A stretch of DNA of 64,000 bases from Vicinamibacteria bacterium (GCA_963668695.2 CAXXLQ010000004.1:2720001-2784000), one strand, 5' to 3'; counted from the first letter of the stretch, positions 38,464 to 48,222 are shown. Numbers and translations are program-made. The notes: generated by a model from the sequence alone, not told the origin.

Positions 38464-39065
38464 TGTCGGCGTTACAGGGAAGCCCCGGTATCGCGGGCCA
38501 TACCGGGGCGCATCATTGGTCGCAATATGGCGTCCGTGGAGGTGAGGAAATCTTGCTTCCCGAAGGCTTCGGCTTCGGCCAGTCTGGGTGGAATTCGGCG
38601 TGGATCGGAGAAGCGACGGAGCCTGACCCAGCCGTATTCGGTCTCGGCGGCAGGCTCGGACGCGCGGGCGCCACGTTCGTTCCGGATGTTTCCCGGACCT
38701 CCGAACCCAGGAGACTGTCCGGCCCGATTCAGTTCGTACCGAGACTGCTGGAGTTTTGGTGCTTGGAAGAGGGAGACGCGGTGCGACTCTTGGGCTTTGA
38801 TCGGGAAGATTCCGGTTATGTCGCCTCGGCACTGGCGGGGGTGGCGCAGTTCCGTGGACGCGATGTGCGGGAACGGATCGCCCATCTGTTCTGGATTCGG
38901 AAGACTCTGTCCGCGTTGTTTCGCGATCGAGACACTGAGAACGCATGGCTCCGGGAATCCCATTCCTGGCTCGACGACAGGGTGCCGATGGATTTGCTGC
39001 GTGGCGGATCCATGGAAGACCTGCTGCTGGTGCGGGACTATGTGGATACGGCTGCGGGCGTATAG
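38463..39065 (+). CDS. Xre/MbcA/ParS-type antitoxin
   Basis: C-terminal LSALFRD...AWLRE...LDDRVPMDLL.GG..L..VRDY; TGATG coupling upstream, RES gene downstream. Confidence 0.8.
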   Translation: MSALQGSPGIAGHTGAHHWSQYGVRGGEEILLPEGFGFGQSGWNSAWIGEATEPDPAVFGLGGRLGRAGATFVPDVSRTSEPRRLSGPIQFVPRLLEFWCLEEGDAVRLLGFDREDSGYVASALAGVAQFRGRDVRERIAHLFWIRKTLSALFRDRDTENAWLRESHSWLDDRVPMDLLRGGSMEDLLLVRDYVDTAAGV

Positions 39066-39067
39066 GT

Positions 39068-39694
39068 GTGCTTCGAAGTATCCCGAGTCGCAGCCGTAGC
39101 ACGCAGGTGTATCGCCTGGCGCGCGATGGCCCGATGGAGGAGGTCCTTGCCGAGCATCAGCTCGACCCATCGGCAGGTGACGACATAGCGGCGGACTTCA
39201 TCGAATTTGGCTACGTGGTGAATGAGCGGGAGTTGCTGGACACTCCCTTTCGACCGAAGCGAAACCGCAAGCCGACCCGGTTTTCCGATGGGTCGTTTCC
39301 CGTCTTCTACAGTTCGCTGGATTCGGAAACGGCCGAGGCGGAGGTGCGGCATTGGGCGCGGACGTTTCTCGGGGACCCCGAACAACCGAGGACGACTTAC
39401 CGCTGGCTGTTTCGCTGTAGCTTCGATGGCGTAGAAAAGGACGTTCGTCCGCAAATTGGGACTTGGCCCGATTTGGTCCACACTAGCGATTACGCTTTCT
39501 GCAACCGGCTCGGCGCCGAAGCCGTACGGCTCAGGTTGGATGGTCTTGTGACATGGTCGGCCCGGCGCGCGCGGGGAGTGAATGTGCCGGTTTTCTCGCG
39601 GAAGTCGCTTTCGAATCCTGACAAGGTGAGGCTAGTGACCGTGACCTACAACCCGGCTACCGATTCGGTCTCCGTTCAACCAGCTTCCCAATAG
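39068..39694 (+). CDS. RES-domain toxin (putative NAD+ phosphorylase)
   Basis: TRFSDGSFPVFYSS..TAEAEV, DY..C..LG, SAR, NV.VF; start GTG 39068 or ATG 39134. Confidence 0.85.
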   Translation: MLRSIPSRSRSTQVYRLARDGPMEEVLAEHQLDPSAGDDIAADFIEFGYVVNERELLDTPFRPKRNRKPTRFSDGSFPVFYSSLDSETAEAEVRHWARTFLGDPEQPRTTYRWLFRCSFDGVEKDVRPQIGTWPDLVHTSDYAFCNRLGAEAVRLRLDGLVTWSARRARGVNVPVFSRKSLSNPDKVRLVTVTYNPATDSVSVQPASQ

Positions 39695-39829
39695 GTCGGC
39701 GGCCGTCGGCAACCCTTCACGCGGGCTCCGCGGCGGACGGGGCGTCAAACAGACGCACGGCCCGTAGGTCGCGGCACGGTCTTCCCGAGTGGCCGGGCGT
39801 CACTTTCCTTCGGGGGACCGCCGTGCGGC

Positions 39830-40513
39830 TCAGAGGCCGCGGAGGTAGCCGGCGCCGCCGAGCTTCGCCACCAACTCCTCGATCTCGCGGGTGCGGCCGA
39901 TCACGTATTCCGAAGGGCGCGCGGCCGACATGCGCTTGGGGCTCGGCAGCACGGCGATCAGCGTGGCGGCTTCGCGCGGCGTCAAGTCACCCGGTTTTCG
40001 GTCGAAGGCGTGCCGGCTCGCCGCCGACACGCCGAAGATGCCGGGGCCGAACTCGGCGACGTTCAGATACACCTCCAGGATTCGGCGCTTGGGCCACATG
40101 AGCTCGACCGCGAGCGTGAAGTACGCCTCCATGGCCTTCCGGACGAGGTTCTGGCCGGGCCACAGGTAGAGGTTCTTGGCGACCTGTTGGGAGATCGTGC
40201 TCCCACCCCGGACGCGTCCGCCCCGCCGGTTGCGTTCCATTGCGTCGGTTATCGCCTCGAGGTCGAAACCGAAGTGCCCGGGGAACTTCTGATCCTCGGC
40301 AGCCACCGCCGCGATGGGCAGGTGGGACGAAATGCCGTCCCACGACACCCACTGATAGCGAACCGGTCCCTCGCCCACGAGGTGCTCCCGGAGCATGAAG
40401 GCCGTGGTCGGCGGCGGAATCCAGCGCCACGGCAGCACCAGCACGATCGTCAAGGCGACCCACCCGAGGGCCGCCGCGAGCGCCAGACGGAGGAATCGCT
40501 TTTTGCCGATCAT
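39830..40513 (-). CDS. mtgA: Monofunctional peptidoglycan transglycosylase
   Basis: AAEDQKF..HFGFD, GGSTISQQVAKNL, KRRILEVYLN. Confidence 0.95.
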   Translation of the reverse strand: MIGKKRFLRLALAAALGWVALTIVLVLPWRWIPPPTTAFMLREHLVGEGPVRYQWVSWDGISSHLPIAAVAAEDQKFPGHFGFDLEAITDAMERNRRGGRVRGGSTISQQVAKNLYLWPGQNLVRKAMEAYFTLAVELMWPKRRILEVYLNVAEFGPGIFGVSAASRHAFDRKPGDLTPREAATLIAVLPSPKRMSAARPSEYVIGRTREIEELVAKLGGAGYLRGL

Positions 40514-40561
40514 GGCGCCCGTGGTGGCGGCCGGTGCGATCGTCGGGTGGGAACGGGCTCG

Positions 40562-42172
40562 CTAGGGGCCGGTTGGATCCCCGCGTGGAGAGACGTCGGC
40601 GTCCTCGGCGTGTTCCAGGCTCAGCGTCCGCGTCGGGAAGGCGAAGTCGACCCCGATGTCCTTCGCGAGGCGGAGGATGGACAGCAGGAAGCCGTGCCGC
40701 TCGGTCAACTCGGCATGCCAGTCGGGCACGTGGAAGAAGCAGTAGACGAGCACGTCCACCGACGAGTCGGCAAAACGATTCAGGTGGATCTCGAAGTAGT
40801 CGTGGCGCATCGCGGGGTTCTTCAGAATGAGTCCCTGCACACCATCGACGAACGTCTGGATGCGGTCGGGGTCGGTGTCATAGCGGAGTGCCAGCATCTG
40901 CTTCATGCGCCGGTACTTGCGTTGTCCCATGTTGTCCACGACCGAGTTCACGACCGTGCTGTTCGGGACGCTGACCAGCGAGTCGTAGAAGGTGCGGACC
41001 CGGGTCGAGCGCAGCCCGACCCGCTCCACGGTTCCTTCGTGGCCGTCCACCAGCACCCAGTCGCCAACCTGGAAAGGACGATCGCTGACGATGGCGAGCG
41101 AGCCGAGTACATTGGCCAGCGTGTCCTTGGCGGCGAGGGCGACCGCGAGACCGCCGAGTCCCAGTCCGGCGACGAGAGTGGTGACCGAGAATCCCTGGCT
41201 CTGGGCGATCAGCAGGATCGCCGCGATCAGCGAACCGACCCTGAGCGCGGTGCGCGCCAGAGGGACAAGGTGATCGTCCACGGTCGTCGCGGTCTTCGCC
41301 GTGAGGGCTTCGAGCTTCGTGCAGACGGCGTCGATCGCCCGGAACGCGAACCACACGGTGATTCCGGCCAGCGTGAGGTCGAGCAGGACATTGAGGACCT
41401 GGTTCACCAGCACCGGAAACCGGAGGTCGGCAAGGAACCGGTGGAAGATCCAGACCGAGGCGAGCCAGGACGCCGGCAGGGCGGCGGATTCGAGTTCCTT
41501 GCCCGCCCAACCGCCCTGCCGGGCGGCGAAGCCGACGAGGAAGCCCCGGAAGAAGATGCCGAGTAGCGCCTGCAGCACCCAGGCGAGTCCCGCCAGGATG
41601 GCGAGCCCAATGAACTGCCAGAGCGTGAATCCCAGGAACGGCTGTTCGACGATCGGAGGGAGAAGATCCAGCAGCCGCCGCGCGTACCAGGAAAAGGTTT
41701 CGTCGTAGAGGCTTTCGGCGGCGCGCACGGTGTTCGCGGAAATGCGCCAGGCCTGATCCTCGCCGCGGCGCACCTGGAAGGCCTGGAGCCGGATCGGGAA
41801 GGGGGTGAAGACCGCCTGGCGGGAATCGGGGTCGAGGTAGTCCGGATCGGCTGGGACCGTGCCCATCCGGACGAAGAGACCCCGCCCGTCGAGGATGGAC
41901 TTGAGCTGTGCGGCGACGAGCTGGCGTTCCTCGGGGGTGACCCCCTCCTCGAAGTCGAGGGTCCCCACGACCGTGTCCCAGGGGATCTCGGCCTTCAACT
42001 GTTCGCCGAGGAAGGTGGCGAGCGTGGTTCGCGGGCTTCGGAGGTCCTCGGGGACGCGGGAAGCCGCTGGCTCCTGGGCGTTCGCGGTTGGGGGGTTTGC
42101 GGCTGGGGCGCCGAGGAGAAGCGCGAGGACGGCGAAGATCCGCAGCGCGGTCTGCTGGGAGGAATGACTCAT
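40562..42172 (-). CDS. Small-conductance mechanosensitive channel (MscS family)
   Basis: SPRTT, AGLGLGGLAVALAAKDTLAN, DRPFQVGD, GLRSTRVRT, FAFPT. Confidence 0.92.
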   Translation of the reverse strand: MSHSSQQTALRIFAVLALLLGAPAANPPTANAQEPAASRVPEDLRSPRTTLATFLGEQLKAEIPWDTVVGTLDFEEGVTPEERQLVAAQLKSILDGRGLFVRMGTVPADPDYLDPDSRQAVFTPFPIRLQAFQVRRGEDQAWRISANTVRAAESLYDETFSWYARRLLDLLPPIVEQPFLGFTLWQFIGLAILAGLAWVLQALLGIFFRGFLVGFAARQGGWAGKELESAALPASWLASVWIFHRFLADLRFPVLVNQVLNVLLDLTLAGITVWFAFRAIDAVCTKLEALTAKTATTVDDHLVPLARTALRVGSLIAAILLIAQSQGFSVTTLVAGLGLGGLAVALAAKDTLANVLGSLAIVSDRPFQVGDWVLVDGHEGTVERVGLRSTRVRTFYDSLVSVPNSTVVNSVVDNMGQRKYRRMKQMLALRYDTDPDRIQTFVDGVQGLILKNPAMRHDYFEIHLNRFADSSVDVLVYCFFHVPDWHAELTERHGFLLSILRLAKDIGVDFAFPTRTLSLEHAEDADVSPRGDPTGP

Positions 42173-42195
42173 GGATGGAGAAAGCTGGAGCAGCG

Positions 42196-42269
42196 TACGC
42201 CTGGCAGGACTCGAACCTGCGACCTACGGATTAGGAATCCGTCGCTCTATCCTCCTGAGCTACAGGCGC
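42196..42269 (-). tRNA. tRNA-Arg(CCT), CCA not encoded
   Basis: GCGCCTGTAGCTCAGGAGGATAGAGC, ACGGA-TTCCTAA-TCCGT, GGTTCGAGTCC. Confidence 0.95.
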
Positions 42270-42360
42270 ATCGAACCGCCGGACGACGCCGGGGAGAATC
42301 GTACCGCGTGGGACCTGCCGCAACCTCTCTCCGGCAACCTCTCTCCCGGACCGACGGCTC

Positions 42361-42637
42361 CTGGCAGCCGGTGGATAAAGTGGCGTGAGCGCCGAGAGCG
42401 GCAGTTCTCCCGGTGGCGGCGAGGCCCAGTTCTCCCGGTGGGGGTCCGGCTGACAAGGCGCGCGAGGGAGGAGCCCCCACCGGGAGAACTGGCCCGGGTG
42501 TATTTCGACCGAAGCGCAACGATGAACGACGCGAAGCGGAGTGTTTCAGCCGGGGCCCCCACCGGGAGAACTGGGGATCGCCGCTCGAGCCCCCACCGGG
42601 AGAACTGGGCCGCGTGACTTTGTCCACAGGCTGCTAG
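42361..42637 (-). mobile_element. MITE family A with five micro-inserts (273-bp unit)
   Basis: CAGCCGGTGGATAAAG...CTTTGTCCACAGGCTG-CTAG; 183+90 bp; right flank is the apt stop. Confidence 0.85.
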
Positions 42638-43191
42638 GGGTAGTCCAGCACGGTATGGAGCGCAGCGCCGAGTTCCTCCAGCCGGCGCCGGCCGCCAAGC
42701 GCGGGCAGGGCGAGCAGGAACGAAAAGCCGGCCACCTCCGCACCGAGTCGCCGGCAGAGGCGGAACGCGGCGGCCGCGGTGCCGCCGGTTGCGAGCACGT
42801 CGTCCACGATGAGAACGCGCTGGCCCGCGACCAGAGCGTCCGAGTGCACCTCGAGGGAGGCCGTGCCGTATTCGAGTTCGTAGTCCTCGGAAAGGCTGGC
42901 CGCGGGCAGCTTTCCCGGCTTGCGGAGCAGAACCAGACCACTCCCGAGGCCAAGCGCCACTCCGGCCCCGAAGAGAAAACCGCGGCTCTCGATCCCCGCG
43001 ACCGCATCCAGCCCGGACTGTGCGAACGGGGAGGACATCGCCGCGACGGCTTCCCGGAATGCCCCGGAGTCCGCAAGCAGGGGCGTCACGTCCCGGAAGA
43101 CAACCCCCGGTTCCGGGAAATCGGGAACGTCGCGGATGCGGGCTTTCAGCCGCGCGGCGAGCGCGGCCTCAGCGGATGATTCGGAAGTCAT
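42634..43191 (-). CDS. apt: Adenine phosphoribosyltransferase
   Basis: PDFPEPGVVFRD, GIESRGF, RKPGKLP, LEYG, VDDVLATGGT. Confidence 0.95.
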   Translation of the reverse strand: MTSESSAEAALAARLKARIRDVPDFPEPGVVFRDVTPLLADSGAFREAVAAMSSPFAQSGLDAVAGIESRGFLFGAGVALGLGSGLVLLRKPGKLPAASLSEDYELEYGTASLEVHSDALVAGQRVLIVDDVLATGGTAAAAFRLCRRLGAEVAGFSFLLALPALGGRRRLEELGAALHTVLDYP

Positions 43192-43456
43192 TTGGCCGCT
43201 TGGCCGGTTCCGGCGCCTCAGCGGCGTCCGCCAGGATGGAATTCACTCGTCCGGGCGTCTCGGTCCGAAGCGCGCGTTCGAAACCGTCCAGGACTTCCGG
43301 AGCGCCGTAGGCGTCGATTCCCACGCTCCCGTCCGACCGGTTCCAGACCGTGCCGGTGATCCCGAACGAACGGGCGAGACGGGCCGTGGCCCACCGGAAG
43401 CCGACCCCCTGCACGAACCCGGAAACCCCGTAGCGTCGAGCGATCTGGTCTCCCAC
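43169..43456 (-). CDS. acyP: Acylphosphatase
   Basis: GFVQGVGFR, GTVWNRSDGSV. Confidence 0.9.
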   Translation of the reverse strand: MGDQIARRYGVSGFVQGVGFRWATARLARSFGITGTVWNRSDGSVGIDAYGAPEVLDGFERALRTETPGRVNSILADAAEAPEPAKRPNDFRIIR

Positions 43457-43461
43457 CGCGC

Positions 43462-44640
43462 TCAGCGAAGCGTCTCGAACGCGCCTTCGAGGTCTCCCAG
43501 CAGGTCGGCGATGTCCTCGACTCCCACCGAGAGACGCACCAGCCCGTCGCCGATGCCGATGGCGCGGCGCATCGGTTCGGGAATGGAGGCGTGGGTCATG
43601 GTGGCGGGATGGTTCGCCAGGCTTTCGACACCCCCGAGGCTCTCGGCGATGTGGAAGATGTGCAGCGCCTCCATGACCTTCCGGGCGCGGGCCATGGTCC
43701 GGACGTCGAAGGAGAGCATGCCGCCGAACCCGCTCATTTGGCGGCAGGCCAGTTCGTGTCCCGGATGGCCGGGCAGTCCGGGGTAGTAGACCGCGGCGAC
43801 CTCCGAATGCCCGGCGAGCATCCGCGCGATCTCCCCAGCGTTGGTGTCGTGCCGCTCCATCCGCAGCGCGAGCGTCTTGGAACTCCGCAGGAGGAGCCAG
43901 GAATCGAACGGCGACAAAATCGCACCCGCGGCGTTTTGGAGGTATTTGAAGCGGGACAGGTGCTCGGGGTCGCGCGCCACCAGGATTCCGCCGACGCCAT
44001 CGCTATGTCCGTTCAGGTACTTGGTGGAGGAGTGGACCACGATGTCGGCCCCCAACTCGAGGGGCCGCTGGAAATAGGGGGACATGAAGGTGTTGTCCAC
44101 CACCACCACGGCGCCTACGGAGCGAGCGGCCGCCGAGAGAGCCTCGAGGTCCGCGATCCGCAGCAGTGGGTTCGTGGGCGTTTCGAGGAACAGCATCGCG
44201 GCCCCGGCGTCCAGTTCGCGGATCGTGCCGGCGGTGTCGCTCGTGTCCATCCAGGTGAAATCGAGTCCCCGGGGGCGCAGCACGTTCTCGCACACCCGGT
44301 AGGTGCCGCCGTAGCTGTCGTTGGTGGCGACGACCCGCCCGCCGCTCGGCACCAGCTCGAGGGCCATCACGATCGCCGCCATTCCGGAAGCGCACGCCAC
44401 CGCGCCTGCGCCTCCTTCGAGAGACGCCATGTTCGTTTCGAGCGCGTTGCGCGTCGGGTTGCCCGTTCTCGAGTACTCGTACTTGCCCGGCCGGCCCGGG
44501 GACTCCTGAATGAAGGTCGCCGACGTGACCAGGGGGACGACGACTGCCCCGGTTCCGGGGTCGGGATGCTGGCCCGCATGAATCGCGCGGGTGGCGAAGC
44601 CCGCGGAGGTGCGCTTGGGTGAGGAATCGCTGGGCGGCAA
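43462..44640 (-). CDS. Cystathionine gamma-synthase/gamma-lyase family PLP enzyme
   Basis: YSRTGNPT, SGMAA, YGGT, ETPTNP, DNTF, HSSTKYLNGHSD, ESLGG; TTG start inferred. Confidence 0.92.
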   Translation of the reverse strand: MPPSDSSPKRTSAGFATRAIHAGQHPDPGTGAVVVPLVTSATFIQESPGRPGKYEYSRTGNPTRNALETNMASLEGGAGAVACASGMAAIVMALELVPSGGRVVATNDSYGGTYRVCENVLRPRGLDFTWMDTSDTAGTIRELDAGAAMLFLETPTNPLLRIADLEALSAAARSVGAVVVVDNTFMSPYFQRPLELGADIVVHSSTKYLNGHSDGVGGILVARDPEHLSRFKYLQNAAGAILSPFDSWLLLRSSKTLALRMERHDTNAGEIARMLAGHSEVAAVYYPGLPGHPGHELACRQMSGFGGMLSFDVRTMARARKVMEALHIFHIAESLGGVESLANHPATMTHASIPEPMRRAIGIGDGLVRLSVGVEDIADLLGDLEGAFETLR

Positions 44641-44694
44641 GGGCGCCGATTCTATCGGCCGTCCGGTGCCATAATCCGGGCCGGACAAGACACT

Positions 44695-45045
44695 TTGGCG
44701 GACGTGAACCCGAACACCGTTTACCGGGTGACATTCCTGAGTCAGGGAGAGGTGTACGAGCTCTATGCCCGTTCGGTCAGTCAGGGCGGGATCTTCGGGT
44801 TCGTCGAGGTCTCCGATCTGATCTTCCGGGACGAAACGAAAAAGCTCATCGATCCCTCGCGAGAGCGGATCGCGAACGAGTTCAAGGGGGTGCCCCGAAC
44901 GTTCGTGCCGCTCCACGCGGTACTCCGGATTGATCAGGTGGAACGGGAAGGGGAGGCCCGGATCACCCCGAGCACCGGGGAAACGAAGCGCGGCCAGGTC
45001 CGTCTGTTCCCCGCCCCGATACCCACGCCCGTGTCGGATTCCTGA
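44695..45045 (+). CDS. DUF1820 family protein
   Basis: YRVTF.SQGEVYELYA, GFVEV, DPS.E, PLHAVLRIDQV. Confidence 0.8.
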   Translation: MADVNPNTVYRVTFLSQGEVYELYARSVSQGGIFGFVEVSDLIFRDETKKLIDPSRERIANEFKGVPRTFVPLHAVLRIDQVEREGEARITPSTGETKRGQVRLFPAPIPTPVSDS

Positions 45046-45056
45046 ACAGCGCCCGG

Positions 45057-46784
45057 TTGGGAGCTGAGCCCGTGACTTCTCGCGCACCGGCTGGTTTTGT
45101 CGCGTTCGCGCTTGCCCTGGGCCTCATGTCATTCCCCCCCGGCGCCGGGCGCGCCGAGGCGGCCCAGCCGCCTACGGCCGCCCTGGACGAAGTGTTCAGA
45201 GAGTGGGACCGGGACGATTCTCCCGGCTGCGCGGCGGGCGCGCTCCGGCGCGGGGCGTTCGTGTTCCGCAGCGCCTATGGAATGGCGAACCTGGATCACA
45301 CGGTCCCGCTCACCCCGGATTCGATCTTCCGGATGGCCTCGGTGTCCAAACAGTTCACGGCGGCGGCGGTGCTGGTCGCCGAGGATCAGGGGCTGCTTTC
45401 GCTCGAAGATCCGCTGCGGAAACATTTTCCCGACCTCCCGGACTGGGCCGATCCGGTCCGGATCAGGCATCTGATCCATCACACCAGCGGCATTCGCGAC
45501 TACCTGGTGGTCATGGCGCTGCGCGGCCTGGGGGACGACGCCTACTACACCGATGCCGACGTGCTGCAGGCGCTCCGCCAACTCGAACGGCTGAACTTCG
45601 AACCCGGCAGCGAGTACCTCTATTCCAACTCCGGCTACTGGCTGCTGGCCCGGTTGATCCACCGGACCTCGGGGAAAACCCTCCGGGAATTCGCGGCGGA
45701 GCACCTTCTCGGCCCGGTCGGCATGACCGCCAGCCACTTCCACGACCGGCAACGGGAAATCGTGCCGGGGAGGGCCACCGGCTACCGGCTTCGTCCGGAG
45801 GCCGAGGGGGGCGGCTTCGAGGTGGATGCGACGACGCTCGAGATGGTGGGCGACGGCGGCCTCTACACCTCGGTGAATGAGCTCCGCCACTGGGAGCGGA
45901 TGTTTCTCGATCCCGCGGCGCTCGGGCCGGACTTGTTACATCGCCTGGTGGCTCCGGGGCGTTTCAACGACGGCTCGGTCCAGGACTACGCGGGCGGCCT
46001 CGGGCTCGGCGAGTACCGCGGGCTCGCGACGGTTTCCCACGGCGGCGGATTCGTTGGCTTTCGGACCTATGCGCTTCGTTTCCCCGAGCAGGAGTTCGCG
46101 GTCTTTGTGCTCTGCAACTCCGCGAGTGCCGATCCCGGCGAGCTCGCCCGCCGGGTCGCGGACCTCTTTCTCGCGGATCACCTGGTTTCCCCGGGGGCGG
46201 CTTCGGAATCGATCCCCTCCGAGGACGCGGGACTGTTACCCGGGAAATTCTGGGAGCGCGCCTCCCGATCGCTCGCCTCCATCGAGCGGAAAAATGATGG
46301 CGACGGGGGCGGTCTCTTTTTGATCAGGGGCGGCGCTCGAACGCCGCTGTCCGTCGTCGAGGGTGAGCTGTCGGGGTTCGCCGGGGAACCGCGGCTCCGC
46401 CTCGAATTGCAGCCGGACGGCTTCATTCTCCGGCAGCCGGGACAGCGCGACTTCCGCTACGCCCGGGTCGAACCGTACGGGCGGGAGCAGGGGGAACCCG
46501 CGTTCGACGAGATGGTGGGGCTAACGGGATCCTTCCGCTGTCGGGAACTGGGCGTGACCTACGAGGTGCGTCCCGACGCGCGGCCGGGGCTCACCCTGGT
46601 CGGCGCCGGCGAGGAGCGGGCTCTGGAGCCGGTGTTCGTGGACCCGGAGGGGTCCTCGCCGGTGTACGCCTGGGACGGCGGTACCGTGCGTTTCCTCCCC
46701 GATCCCGATCCGGGCGAAGACCGCGCCCGGGGGTTTGAACTGTCGGCGGGGCGGGCCCGCGGGTTCTTGTTCGTGCGGGAGTAA
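45057..46784 (+). CDS. Serine hydrolase (beta-lactamase/D-aminopeptidase family)
   Basis: FRMASVSKQFT, HHTSGIRD, YSNSGY, GDGG, HGGG. Confidence 0.9.
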   Translation: MGAEPVTSRAPAGFVAFALALGLMSFPPGAGRAEAAQPPTAALDEVFREWDRDDSPGCAAGALRRGAFVFRSAYGMANLDHTVPLTPDSIFRMASVSKQFTAAAVLVAEDQGLLSLEDPLRKHFPDLPDWADPVRIRHLIHHTSGIRDYLVVMALRGLGDDAYYTDADVLQALRQLERLNFEPGSEYLYSNSGYWLLARLIHRTSGKTLREFAAEHLLGPVGMTASHFHDRQREIVPGRATGYRLRPEAEGGGFEVDATTLEMVGDGGLYTSVNELRHWERMFLDPAALGPDLLHRLVAPGRFNDGSVQDYAGGLGLGEYRGLATVSHGGGFVGFRTYALRFPEQEFAVFVLCNSASADPGELARRVADLFLADHLVSPGAASESIPSEDAGLLPGKFWERASRSLASIERKNDGDGGGLFLIRGGARTPLSVVEGELSGFAGEPRLRLELQPDGFILRQPGQRDFRYARVEPYGREQGEPAFDEMVGLTGSFRCRELGVTYEVRPDARPGLTLVGAGEERALEPVFVDPEGSSPVYAWDGGTVRFLPDPDPGEDRARGFELSAGRARGFLFVRE

Positions 46785-46790
46785 GGGATC

Positions 46791-47423
46791 GTGTTTCGGA
46801 TCCCCCCGCGGGCGCTCGCCGTGTTCGTGGCGCGGGGTGTGCTGGGTCTCGTGTTCTTCATGGCGGGCTGGTGGAAGGTGTTCGAGATGGGAGCCTTGGA
46901 ACACGCACGATCTCTCTTCGTGGGGCCGTACGCGGAGAGCTGGCTGCCGGCGTGGGCGCTTTGGGCGCTAGCAGCCTGTGGCGAAACCCAGGGCGGCGTT
47001 CGGCCGGCGATCCATCCCGGCTGACCGCGTCGCTTCGCGCCGCTCATCGTTGCGTTTCGGTCGAAATACACCCGGTATTCCTCCCTCACGCGCCTTGTCA
47101 GCCGGGCGCCTCCCCGGCCTCGGCGCTCACCCGGGTTCCACTACAGGCTGCTGAGGACAGCGGTGCCGTTCGTGGAGCTCATCGCCGGGGGGTTGATGCT
47201 GGCCGGGTGGATGCGGTGGCCGGCAGCGCTCGGACTCGGGGGAGTGCTGATCCTGGTGACCTTCGGGCATCTGCTGGCGGAGCCGCTCTTTGCCTTCAAC
47301 GCGCATGTGATTCCGCGCACACTCTTGCTGGTCTTGGTGCTCGCGCTCTTCGAGGAGGACCGCTGGAGCGTGGATGGATCGCTCGCGCGGCGCCGGGCGG
47401 CGAAACAAGCGCAGAATCGCTGA
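46791..47423 (+). pseudogene. DoxX family membrane protein interrupted by an in-frame 183-bp MITE carrying one TGA
   Basis: RGVLGLVFFMAGWWK...WAL|insert|TAVPFVELIAG...TFGHLL.EP; both halves in the same frame. Confidence 0.8.
46968..47154 (+). mobile_element. MITE family A, basic 183-bp unit inside doxX
   Basis: CTAG-CAGCCTGTGG...CCACTACAGGCTG-CTGA. Confidence 0.88.
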
Positions 47424-47842
47424 CCGGTCGCCCCGCGGACTGACCGGGCGCGAAGCCGATCCGGCGGTATTTTTGGAACCACTTGGGCATGATGGACAGT
47501 TTCCCGGACTCGGTGAGCGATGCGGACATCGCTCAGCTTCTCGAACCCGTCGCGCTGTTGGACGAGAAAATCGAAGAGCAGATCGGCTGTCGGATCGTGG
47601 AGGTGGGCGAGGTGATTCCGGTGCCCGATGGAGCACCGCAGGGGTGGAACGAGGACGAGCAGCGATACCGGCGCACTTGCCCGGTCCTTGCGGACGAAGC
47701 CCAGATTCTTGGCTTCTACCTGGACGACGAGAACCACGGGTCCCCGAAGGCACCGGGGCAAGCCAATTCCTCATGTGGGACCTTCAGCTACTTGCGGCCC
47801 GTGCTCGAAATCTGGCCGTGTCCGGGGTGCGAAGTGGACGCT

Positions 47843-48071
47843 CTAACAGCCTGTGGTGAAAGCACCCCGCACCGGCCCCGGAACGTCCCGCGCGCCGAAT
47901 CTGGGGGTTTGTGTGCGTGCGGGGCGCTTCCCCCACAGGTTGGTGGTGCGAATCGCTGCGCGATTCACTCCACCGTCTTTCGTGGGGAGGGGAAACCCCT
48001 CCCCACACCCCACCCCCGCGGCGCTGCGCGCCGCGAATGGATGCCTTCAGAGTTCCACCACAGGCTGCTAA
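47843..48071 (+). mobile_element. MITE family B (same ends as A, unrelated interior), 225-bp unit, CTAA duplicated
   Basis: CTAA-CAGCCTGTGGTG...CACCACAGGCTG-CTAA; internal hairpins GAATCGC-TGC-GCGATTC and GTGGGGAGGG-GAAA-CCCTCCCCAC. Confidence 0.85.
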
Positions 48072-48162
48072 CCCTTCACGAACTCCTCCACATCCTCGGC
48101 TTCGTTCACTATGGGGATCACGACAAACTCGATCAAGGGAGGGGTGTCCCAATGTTTCCCCC

Positions 48163-48222
48163 CCTGACCTGGAGCACCTGACCTGGAGCACCTGACCTGG
48201 AGCACCTGACCTGGAGCACCTG
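48163..48222. repeat. 14-bp tandem repeat CCTGACCTGGAGCA x4
   Basis: Four perfect units plus a partial. Confidence 0.95.

Noticed and set aside
42171-42637. Integrative element at tRNA-Arg or tRNA-Val
   Set aside because: No integrase and no duplicated tRNA 3' end were seen in the window.
47022-48181. TGA recoding (selenocysteine or alternative code) at the two in-frame TGAs in adjacent genes
   Set aside because: Many normal genes here end in TGA, and both stops are explained by local indels or repeat expansion.
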